From a bacterium (GTDB lineage: Bacteria > Hinthialibacterota > Hinthialibacteria > Hinthialibacterales > Hinthialibacteraceae): 64,000 bases of DNA. The stretch is taken from the NCBI GenBank assembly GCA_963662285.2, contig CAXXMV010000001.1, forward strand, positions 1,120,001-1,184,000. The letters are read 5' to 3'. Of the stretch, positions 30,218 through 38,677 are shown in pieces. The notes beneath the pieces were generated by a model. It ran no database searches. It saw only the letters and a program-made list of their open reading frames with translations, and was not told the DNA's origin. Position 1 is the stretch's first letter. The number at the start of each line of letters is the position of its first letter. A program made the translations under genes and the position numbers.

Positions 30218-33200
30218 ATGCTAAAATTCAATAATCCTGTTTTCTCAATTTCCTTCGTACTCAGTTTGATTATTTCATTGAATGCTGTTGCCGATTGGCC
30301 GACCTACCGCGCTGATATTGCGCGCAGTGGCAATGCTTCCGGCAAGTTGGATACAGCGCTTAATCTGCAATGGATATATTATCCTTCCCAGGCGCCCAAA
30401 CCGGCTTGGCCTGCTCCAGCCTCGGAACGACCGAGAATGCATGTGGATAATGCATATCATTCAGTGATTGCAAATGATACTGTTTATTTTGCCGTGAGCA
30501 TGACGGATAAGATATACGCTATCGACATCAACACGGGTGATGTTTGTTGGGATTTTTCTACTGATGGCCCGGTTCGTTTTGCTCCGGTATATTCTGATGG
30601 AAAACTCTACGCTGGATCGGATGATGGTTACGTTTATTGCCTGGATAGCGAAGACGGCTCTTTGATCTGGAAATACCGCGCAGGACCAAGCGACGAGAAA
30701 GTCATCGGTAATGGACGCATGATTTCTATGTGGCCAGTGCGCACGGGGTTACTGGTTGATGAAGGCGCAGTGTATTTCGCCGCAGGCGTTTTCCCCTATG
30801 AGGGATTATATATCTGCGCTTTGCAAGCCGCTGATGGCGAGGAATTATGGATAAATGATACTATCGGAGACCGGGCGCATGAGTTCGCTTATGGCGGCAT
30901 GTCGCCCTACGGTTATCCGGTCGCTTCCAACGATATTCTGTATATCCCCTCAGGCCGTTCAATGCCGACAGCTTTCAATCGTCATACGGGAGAATTTTTA
31001 TTCAATGCTTCTCCCGGAGGAAAACGGGGCGGCGCATGGGCTTTATTAGATAGCGACCGGCTTATTTCGGGAGTAGACTTTTCAGGCGTTCCTCACAAGG
31101 TCGAATACGATGCCGCAACAGGGCGGCGCAACGGCGACCTGTTCGCCTGGTTCCCTGGAATCGATTTAGTGGTATCCCAAGATGTATCCTATGTATTGAC
31201 GCTGGATGGCATCTATGCGATTGATCGCGCCAAATACGCCAAGTGTGCGGCGCAATCACAAGTCATAGAGCAAAAGCGAAAATTGGCTTCTACCCGATTA
31301 TCAAAACTTCGCGAAGAACTACGTAATTCAAATAGTCAAGATAACAACCAACTCTTAAATGAATTAGCCAAAGAATTATCCGCCTACGACAAAGAAGACT
31401 TGAGACTGAAAACGGATTGCTATCTGTGGAAACATTCCGGTAAGCATTATTCTTCATTGATCAAGTATGGATCCACCATTTTCGCTGGCGGCGACAATAA
31501 GATTGTTGCAATCAATGCGGCATCCGGCGAAGAGACATGGCGTTCAGATATCCAGGGACGCGTGACTGGATTATCCGCATCAGATTCAGGATTGATCGTC
31601 AGCAGCGACCAAGGGCCGGTTTACTGTTTCAGCAATACCAAGACGAAAGAAGTAAAAGAAACCAGGGAGTCTAATGTCGTCCGACCGCATGTTGCAAAAT
31701 CTTTAGAAGAAAAGTACCGCATCGCAGCCAAGGAATTGATCAATAGCAGTAGCTGGAAAAAAGGATACGCACTGGTTATTAACGGAGATGAAGGCCCGTT
31801 CGCCGATGAACTGGCGCGACAGTCTGATTTACAGATTATAGTTCTCGAAACAAATCCCGTAAAACGCGAAAAAGCGCGTCAATACCTTTTATCCACTGAG
31901 ATGTATGGAGTGCGGGTTGTTGTTGAATCGTGGGATATCCAGTCGCTGCCGGATTACTTCGCCAATCTGATTGTGGCCGATGGGCTATGCGACCAAGGCG
32001 ATAACAAGACCACCGCTGAAGAACGCTTCAGGTTGTTACGGCCATACGGTGGAGAAGAATACCAACCCGTCAATCGTTCGGAAATCGTTTTTGCCAGGAA
32101 TGTCAGAGGAAAACTGCAAGGCGCGGGCAACTGGACTCAACAATATGGCGATCCGCAAAACTCAGCCTGTTCCTATGATGAATTGGTTAATGGGCCCTTA
32201 GGCATCTCGTGGTTCGGCGAACCGGGTCCGCAAGGCATGGTGGAACGTCATGCACGCGCTCAAAGCCCTGTGGCTATGGATGGCCGACTTTTTGTTGAAG
32301 GCGAAGAATTAATCATGGCAGTCGATGCCTATAATGGTACGCTTCTATGGCAGCGTGAAATCCCCGGAGCGGTTCGCGTTAAAATCAAAGCGGATTGCGG
32401 CAACTTATGCATCACGGAAGAAGGCTTATTCATAGCTGCGCTTGATAAATGCTATCGCTTGGATCCAGAGACCGGAGATACGGTGCAGGTTTATGATCTG
32501 CCCATTGGTGATCCCGGCGTCTCTCGGCGCTGGGGATACTTGTCGGTGGTTGATGGCGTCCTCTATGGTTCCTCCGCCACGCCTATGACCAATGAATACG
32601 CTCATCTGTTGAAAACTTTTTTGACCAATGGTCAATGGCGACCTATTGATGAAGTGCCCAATGAATTTCATGAACAATACCAAACAGCGAGAGCCAGTTA
32701 TCCTCTTCCCCTCGATTTAATTCGGGCTGCTCAACGATCAGGTATTACTTATCGATACATGACGTCATTCGCCAGCAGCGGTGAATTCACTCAAAAGAAT
32801 TCCGTGTCTGATAGTTTGATGGTAAGCGACAAAGTTTTCGGGATGGATATCAATACTGGTGACTTATTGTGGGAGCATTCTAAAGGTCGTATCGCCAATA
32901 TTACCATAGTCATGGGTGACGGGAAAATATTCTTTGCCGATAGCGACGTGGATTCACAACAAAGAGCAAAAGCGCTTGACCAAAGGAAACGATATATCCG
33001 CGAAGGCGTTTATCGTGAACGGCAAGGCATTTTAGATGAATTGCGGGAGAAACAAGAAAAACTGGAAGCATACACCAACCGAACTCCACCAGCTACTAAT
33101 AATGTGTTGGCCTACCTGGTCGATTCACTGAAAGCCGAGTTATTCCAAGAAGAACATCCTGAAGGCGCTTTGACCTACGATGACGCTGATGTTCGCCTGG

Positions 33201-34414
33201 TCACCGCTCTCGATATGAAAACCGGAGCGAAAGTATGGGAGCAAATGGTTGATCTTACCGGCTGCGGAGGCGATAAAATGGGCGCCTCGTATCGTGATGG
33301 GCGGCTGCTATTCTTCGGCAACCATGGCAACCACGACGCCTGGCGTTTTCGTGAAGGCGGCATGAAATGGCGACGCATCACAGTGCTTTCGGGCGACGCG
33401 GGAGATATGGCGTGGTCTCATCCGCTCAATTACCGCACCCGCCCCGTTATTGTCGGCAACAAAGTTATATTGGAACCCCGCGCCTGCGACTTGCGCACGG
33501 GTGAAGAGATCACCCGCATTCATCCCGTTACTGGCGAGAATGTTCCGTGGGAATTTTTACGCCCCGGGCATACTTGCGGCATATCCGCCGCATCTGCGCA
33601 AGGATTATTTTACCGCTCGGCCTGTACGGCTTTTTATGATCTTGAAAAAGACCGGGGCATTACTACATTTGGAGCCTACCGTCCGGGATGCGCCATCAGC
33701 GTAATTCCTGCATGCGGCATGTTGTTATCTCCCGAAGCGGCGGCGGGGTGCACATGTTCGTATCCCATCCGTTGTTCCGTCGCGCTGGTGCGAAAACCCG
33801 AACGTACTCAACCTTGGACAATTTTTGTAACGCCGGGATCATTAAAGCCAGTCAAAAGGTTGGCGATCAACCTGGGCGCCGTAGCTGATATGAAGGATGA
33901 TGACGGGACGGTTTGGTTTGGATACCCCAGTCCGAATACCGAGGCGCATAATCATTTCCCCAATTATGGCGTGAAATTCAACTTCAAAGAGGATGGCGTT
34001 TCGGGGATGAAATATTTCAACCGGGATCACAAAAATATCAACATTCCAGGAACCGATAAACCCTGGTTATTCACTTCAGGCTGTGTAGGATTAACCCGGT
34101 GCCGAATTCCATTACTGGATGTTGAAGACAAGGATTCTTCGGGATGCTATACCGTTCGCCTGGGATTCATGCCTCTGAAAAATGATCAAGCGGGTCAACG
34201 GGTATTCAGCGTTAAACTGCAAGATGATGTGGTATTGGAAGATATTGATATCCGTCAGTCATCCGGTTCGCTGAGTCAACCAATAGTTAAAGAATTCAAA
34301 AACATCAGCGTTAAAGATGACCTGGTACTGGAACTAATCCAGAAGAATTCTTCGTCAACTAAAAACGAAGCTACCCTCATAAACTTCATAGAAATTATTC
34401 AGGAAGAGGTGTAG
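30218..34414 (+). CDS. Large secreted PQQ-like beta-propeller protein with a methyltransferase-like insert and a malectin-like C-terminus
   Basis: DWPTYRAD..RS start, repeated G..W blades, second WTQQYGD propeller, C-terminal RVFSVKLQ..VLEDIDI. Confidence 0.8.
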   Translation: MLKFNNPVFSISFVLSLIISLNAVADWPTYRADIARSGNASGKLDTALNLQWIYYPSQAPKPAWPAPASERPRMHVDNAYHSVIANDTVYFAVSMTDKIYAIDINTGDVCWDFSTDGPVRFAPVYSDGKLYAGSDDGYVYCLDSEDGSLIWKYRAGPSDEKVIGNGRMISMWPVRTGLLVDEGAVYFAAGVFPYEGLYICALQAADGEELWINDTIGDRAHEFAYGGMSPYGYPVASNDILYIPSGRSMPTAFNRHTGEFLFNASPGGKRGGAWALLDSDRLISGVDFSGVPHKVEYDAATGRRNGDLFAWFPGIDLVVSQDVSYVLTLDGIYAIDRAKYAKCAAQSQVIEQKRKLASTRLSKLREELRNSNSQDNNQLLNELAKELSAYDKEDLRLKTDCYLWKHSGKHYSSLIKYGSTIFAGGDNKIVAINAASGEETWRSDIQGRVTGLSASDSGLIVSSDQGPVYCFSNTKTKEVKETRESNVVRPHVAKSLEEKYRIAAKELINSSSWKKGYALVINGDEGPFADELARQSDLQIIVLETNPVKREKARQYLLSTEMYGVRVVVESWDIQSLPDYFANLIVADGLCDQGDNKTTAEERFRLLRPYGGEEYQPVNRSEIVFARNVRGKLQGAGNWTQQYGDPQNSACSYDELVNGPLGISWFGEPGPQGMVERHARAQSPVAMDGRLFVEGEELIMAVDAYNGTLLWQREIPGAVRVKIKADCGNLCITEEGLFIAALDKCYRLDPETGDTVQVYDLPIGDPGVSRRWGYLSVVDGVLYGSSATPMTNEYAHLLKTFLTNGQWRPIDEVPNEFHEQYQTARASYPLPLDLIRAAQRSGITYRYMTSFASSGEFTQKNSVSDSLMVSDKVFGMDINTGDLLWEHSKGRIANITIVMGDGKIFFADSDVDSQQRAKALDQRKRYIREGVYRERQGILDELREKQEKLEAYTNRTPPATNNVLAYLVDSLKAELFQEEHPEGALTYDDADVRLVTALDMKTGAKVWEQMVDLTGCGGDKMGASYRDGRLLFFGNHGNHDAWRFREGGMKWRRITVLSGDAGDMAWSHPLNYRTRPVIVGNKVILEPRACDLRTGEEITRIHPVTGENVPWEFLRPGHTCGISAASAQGLFYRSACTAFYDLEKDRGITTFGAYRPGCAISVIPACGMLLSPEAAAGCTCSYPIRCSVALVRKPERTQPWTIFVTPGSLKPVKRLAINLGAVADMKDDDGTVWFGYPSPNTEAHNHFPNYGVKFNFKEDGVSGMKYFNRDHKNINIPGTDKPWLFTSGCVGLTRCRIPLLDVEDKDSSGCYTVRLGFMPLKNDQAGQRVFSVKLQDDVVLEDIDIRQSSGSLSQPIVKEFKNISVKDDLVLELIQKNSSSTKNEATLINFIEIIQEEV

Positions 34415-34467
34415 AGAATTTATTAAACCTTAAAACGGCAGTTCGTTTTTGCAGAGGTGGTTTATAT

Positions 34468-34503
34468 CAACCCTCTCCTTACCTCTCCCAGTCTTGGGAG
34501 AGG
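34468..34503. repeat. REP-like palindromic unit
   Basis: CAACCCTCTCCTTA-CCTCTCCCA-GTCT-TGGGAGAGG; similar to 38440-38476. Confidence 0.7.
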
Positions 34504-34571
34504 AATGTTAGACCACCGTATTTGTATAACTAAAACACAATGATATAACTGGTAATATTTCCGAAACCCCT

Positions 34572-34598
34572 CTCCCCCAAGTTGGGGGAGAATTCAAG
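34572..34598. repeat. Left part of the REP-like unit interrupted by the IS (continues at 36421-36429)
   Basis: CTCCCCCAAGTTGGGGGAG-AATTCAAG | IS | AGGGGGTTG reconstructs a unit like 38391-38426. Confidence 0.7.
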
Positions 34599-34692
34599 TG
34601 TATGAACCGGGCACATCCTTTACAGAATAAACCGGGCACATGGTTTACACAAGTCGATACTAAGAACCGACCAGAAGAAAGGAGTCGGTTCG

Positions 34693-35904
34693 ATGACTTG
34701 GAAGGAAAACAGTGCCATGGATGCAAGAATGAAATTTATTGCGGATGTCCTCCGCAAAGAAGACACACTAAGCGCCTTATGCCAAGCATATGGCATTAGT
34801 AGACCAACCGGATATAAATGGATCAAGCGCTATCAGGAAGACGGTCCTGGTGGATTGGAGGAGCGATCCCGGGCGCCCCATACCCAAGCACTAGCCGTTT
34901 CTAAAGAGACCGAAAAAGAAGTGAAGGCTATGCGAAAAAAGTTTCCGCACTACGGTCCTAAAAAATTACGGGTGGAACTGAAAAAAAAGGATGCGACGAA
35001 GCACTGGCCGGCAATCAGTACGATTGGCGAGATACTAAAACGCAAAAATCTGATTGTCAGCCGCAAGCAAAAAGATCGCGCCAAACCAAGTGGTGAAGCG
35101 TTAACCGAATTCGACCAAGTGAACCGCGTATGGTGCGCGGATTTCAAAGGAGATTTTCTAACGGGAGACGAACATCGATGTTTCCCTTTAACCGTATCGG
35201 AAGGGGCTAGCCGCTATTTACTCTGCTGCCAAGGCATGCAAGAAACCAATGGCGCATTGGTACGCGTAATTTTCGAGCAGATTTTTCGCGAGTATGGTTT
35301 ACCAGAAGTCATTCGAACGGATAACGGGGCGCCCTTTGCGTCGACCGGAATCGGAGGGTTAACCAAATTATCCGTGTGGTGGATAAAACTGAGAATTTAT
35401 CCAGAACGAATCCAGCCGGGTCGGCCTCAACAAAATGGCCGTCATGAGCGAATTCACCGGACCTTGAAAGCAGAGGCCATTTCTCCACCAGCGCCAACGC
35501 TGCGTGAACAACAAAAACGTTTTGATCAATTTCAAAAAGTGTACAACGAAGAGCGGCCTCATGAGAGTTTGGGACAACGACCTCCCGCGCAGTTGTATCA
35601 ACCCTCGCCGCGCGTCTATTCAGGTAAAGCGCCGAATTGGGAGTATCCAGAGACCATGCAGGTGCGCCAAGTGAAAACCCATGGTGAAATCAGTTGGCGA
35701 AGCAAGCATTGGTATTTGGGGGAAGCTTTGGGAGGTGAATTGGTGGGACTAGAGGAATTGGAATAGAATAATTGGCGCATTAGTTTGGGTAACGTGATTC
35801 TCGGTTGGTTGAATATGTCAAAAGGTGAGGTGGTGCGTGAATTGTCTTTGAGACGCATCAATCATCCAAAAGCAATCAGTCACCCGGCAGTATGTCCCAG
35901 GTAA
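34693..35904 (+). pseudogene. IS481-family DDE transposase interrupted by an in-frame TAG at 35764-35766
   Basis: HTH (GISRPTGYKW), DDE motifs WCADFKG / RTDNG / NGRHER; the frame continues 45 codons (NNWRISLGNVILGWLN...) to TAA at 35904. Confidence 0.8.
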
Positions 35905-36002
35905 AAAATGAGCTAGGGAAGTATCAAGATGATGAATAATTCAGGTATTAATTTTCCTGAGATTGAATCCAGATCGTCTCTTTTTCGAGAAAATCAAAGA
36001 GC

Positions 36003-36214
36003 GCACGGGTGAAAAAAAAGGTGGCAATATCGGGGGCGCCGCCCCCGTACCCCCGGAGTTTTTTTAGGCATTAGCACAAACTCCAGATAGTATGCAAAAA
36101 AAAGCAAAGGGACGGTTCTAAATCCGTCCCTTTAGCGACTATCCGTCGCCCGTGCACCAGGATATCCCTTGACAGGTTGCTCTCCAGCAGAGCCTGTCTC
36201 CGTTTCTCCTGGTG
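36003..36214. ncRNA. Putative structured non-coding RNA (or ssDNA structure) inside the IS
   Basis: Six mostly compatible stems in ~210 nt; two G-U pairs favour the + strand. Confidence 0.5.
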
Positions 36215-36452
36215 ATAATAACTATCGGATAGCTCGAAATAATCTGTAGAAAAAGAAGTAAAAAAACAGTTCTAGCAAGTAAGCAATTCAGAATACGTTG
36301 ATATACCTGAAAACGGATTATCTCTTTAAAAAAACAGATAAGTTGCCATAATTTTCGAGACAAAAGTGTAAACCATGTGCCCGGTCTAAAGTGTAAACTA
36401 TGTGCCCGGTCATTCACAAGAGGGGGTTGTTTTCAAACACCGTGGATTAATT

Positions 36453-38240
36453 CTAATACAACGACCAATCAGTCACTGCGGTTTGATCAGAGATATCGAT
36501 TCTGCTCCAATCCGGATTGCCGTTTTGTATAGAGTTGGTTAAGGGCCATTGAATAGCCGGATTTTGGTTTGAAACCACCCATAAATTACTGGTCGAGTAT
36601 GTTTTGCTATAGCGCGTATATACGGTATAGTTACCATTAGGCCAGGATACTGACATGGGACCGAAATACTCATTGAAGAGCGTGAATATATCTGACGAAC
36701 TGGAATTATCAAAATCATAGCGTTTCATCTTAACCGCTTGTTGATCTAATTCTGTATAGATCAATCCCGAAGCGTCGGGCAGCCAGGTGGGATTCGATGC
36801 GTTCATGGAATAAAAAACTTCTTCGCCCACAGTGGTTGAATTGTCTTTTATGCGGTAAATCCCTTTAAGAAATTTCTCGTATAAAATCCAATCATCCACA
36901 GGAGACCAGGCTTGAGCGTTCATGGATATATGCTCGCCAAGTTGAGAAAATACATCCTGGCTAATGGTGTATTCCACCGGATCGGGAGTGATTTTTCTGA
37001 AGAGTCCGTCCATAGAAAAACCAATCACTGAGCCATCGCTTGACCAGGTTAAATTACGAGGCTCAAAATGGGAGCTGTTGCGATAGTAGATAACTTGAAC
37101 ATCAGCCACAGTTTCACCAGCGACAACGTCTAGAACCGTCGCTGCGATTTCGCGGTAAGAATCAGAGAGCACGGCGATGGATTGAAAAACGCCAATCCCG
37201 AAGTCCATGACATTTTCAACGCGGAATGTAGTGTAATCATTCGGCGCCAGTTGAATGCTGACCGGCTCAGGCGCCCCGTGAATAATGAGCATAGCCGCAT
37301 AATACTCATTATTCGAGTTATAAACCGTCCCTTCCACTGTGCCGGTAGGCGTATCTGCGGGTAGATTGTTGATTGAAGGGAAATTGGTAATGCGGCGCAG
37401 TCCGCTTCCATCTGGACGAATGGCGAAGATATCTGAAGAGTAAATCGATTGATGGAATTCATGATTGCTGGTGAAAGCGATTTCCGAGGCGTCGGGCCTC
37501 CAGGCGACGTCGAACATTTTGGAGAACTCGCTTTCGATTCGCCATACGCTCCGGTCATTGCTGCCATCAGGCTCTACCAGGCGGATTTCATTGAAATCAT
37601 TATCGCCATGCAGGTAAGTAATCGTTCCAAGCGTATCCGGCGTCATTATTTCTCCCGATATCCTGCATGAAACATTGTCAATATGCATGGCCAAGTCGGA
37701 CGCGACGGCATAAATAATGAAATATAACCTCCCCCCGTTTTGAACATGCTGACTGAGTGTTGCAATATCGGCTGGAGTTAATGAATAGTTGATCGCGTCC
37801 CAGGAGGCGGAAACCCGGTTTGCGTCGTTGTTGAAATGCACCTGAACCAAAGGCGAATCCAAAGGCGCCGCTTGAGCGAATATGCCTGCGCCTGATTGAG
37901 AGAAGCCGGGATTATAACCAACCGACATAAAACGATAATCAAAAGCCACATCAATTTGCTTTATAACCGATGGCGTAAATAGTGGTTGGGCTGTATAAGC
38001 CCAATAATTTTCGCTTTGGGTGGGCGCCAATGACATGCCCCAGCCTGCGCCCTGATAATTGGCTTCCTGAGTGATATACGATAATGAGCCGGAGATTCCC
38101 CAACCCGTGTCATCTGCGTCAAACGATCCGTTAATTATGTATTCGGCGTGGTCAATCGTATTAGCTGAGCATTCGGATATCTCAGTGAAGCATAGGATGA
38201 GCAAGAGAAAAGATAAGCCGGAAATAACAAACGATCTCAT
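36453..38240 (-). CDS. Secreted protein with TolB/PD40-like repeats and a C-terminal QTAVTDWSLY motif
   Basis: Signal peptide; AWRPDASEIAF, TWSSDG, AWSP, PTWLPD and NPDWS repeats. Confidence 0.8.
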   Translation of the reverse strand: MRSFVISGLSFLLLILCFTEISECSANTIDHAEYIINGSFDADDTGWGISGSLSYITQEANYQGAGWGMSLAPTQSENYWAYTAQPLFTPSVIKQIDVAFDYRFMSVGYNPGFSQSGAGIFAQAAPLDSPLVQVHFNNDANRVSASWDAINYSLTPADIATLSQHVQNGGRLYFIIYAVASDLAMHIDNVSCRISGEIMTPDTLGTITYLHGDNDFNEIRLVEPDGSNDRSVWRIESEFSKMFDVAWRPDASEIAFTSNHEFHQSIYSSDIFAIRPDGSGLRRITNFPSINNLPADTPTGTVEGTVYNSNNEYYAAMLIIHGAPEPVSIQLAPNDYTTFRVENVMDFGIGVFQSIAVLSDSYREIAATVLDVVAGETVADVQVIYYRNSSHFEPRNLTWSSDGSVIGFSMDGLFRKITPDPVEYTISQDVFSQLGEHISMNAQAWSPVDDWILYEKFLKGIYRIKDNSTTVGEEVFYSMNASNPTWLPDASGLIYTELDQQAVKMKRYDFDNSSSSDIFTLFNEYFGPMSVSWPNGNYTVYTRYSKTYSTSNLWVVSNQNPAIQWPLTNSIQNGNPDWSRIDISDQTAVTDWSLY

Positions 38241-38321
38241 AATTACCTCATTTCAGTGAATTTTCAGTTTATAAAATTATACTTAATTTTGTTTTTTTTA
38301 AATATTTTTTTTTGATTAAAT

Positions 38322-38506
38322 GTAACAGGTCAGCCATATAAAGTAGTAACACTATAACTATGTTTTATACAAGGCTTTTTTATTAAAATTCTCCCCCCAA
38401 GTTTGGGGGGAGTTAGAGGGGGGTTGCGTTTCAACGAATCAACCCCCACCTAACCTCCCCCAGGCTTGGGGGAGGGATAACGCACTTCAATTGGCTGACC
38501 AGTTAC
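38322..38506. mobile_element. 185-bp MITE carrying an inverted pair of REP-like hairpins
   Basis: TIRs GTAACAGGTCAGCCA (38322-38336) and TGGCTGACCAGTTAC (38492-38506), 14/15 match; 8-bp TSD GATTAAAT at 38314-38321 and 38507-38514. Confidence 0.85.
38391..38476. repeat. Inverted pair of REP-like units
   Basis: CTCCCCCCAAGTTTGGGGGGAGTTAGAGGGGGGTTG ... CAACCCCCACCTAACCTCCCCCAGGCTTGGGGGAGGG. Confidence 0.8.
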
Positions 38507-38677
38507 GATTAAATTATATTGTTGTAAATTTCGGTTTTTATATGATAAATATGGTTCTTTGCAATAAATATCTTTTCATACAGCAAGTATGAGTATACCA
38601 TTCGTTATATAAATATATATGATAATCTATCTAATTTTCAGGATAGCGCGTCTTAATACGCGCATATAACTAATTCT

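Larger units (their letters stand above)
34599..36416 (+). mobile_element. IS481-family insertion sequence (1818 bp)
   Basis: TG...CA ends; ~50-bp imperfect TIRs, each with two ACCGGGCACATnnTTTACA repeats; CAAG duplicated at 34595-34598 and 36417-36420 (alternative: TGT...ACA ends to 36418 with a 2-bp AG duplication). Confidence 0.9.

Noticed and set aside
35764-35766. Genome-wide TAG recoding or pyrrolysine
   Set aside because: Complete genes here (e.g. trpC, ilvA) end normally at TAG and no pyl genes are visible
36139-36417. 92-aa minus-strand ORF as an IS passenger gene
   Set aside because: Starts inside the TIR, has no RBS or motifs and overlaps the structured region
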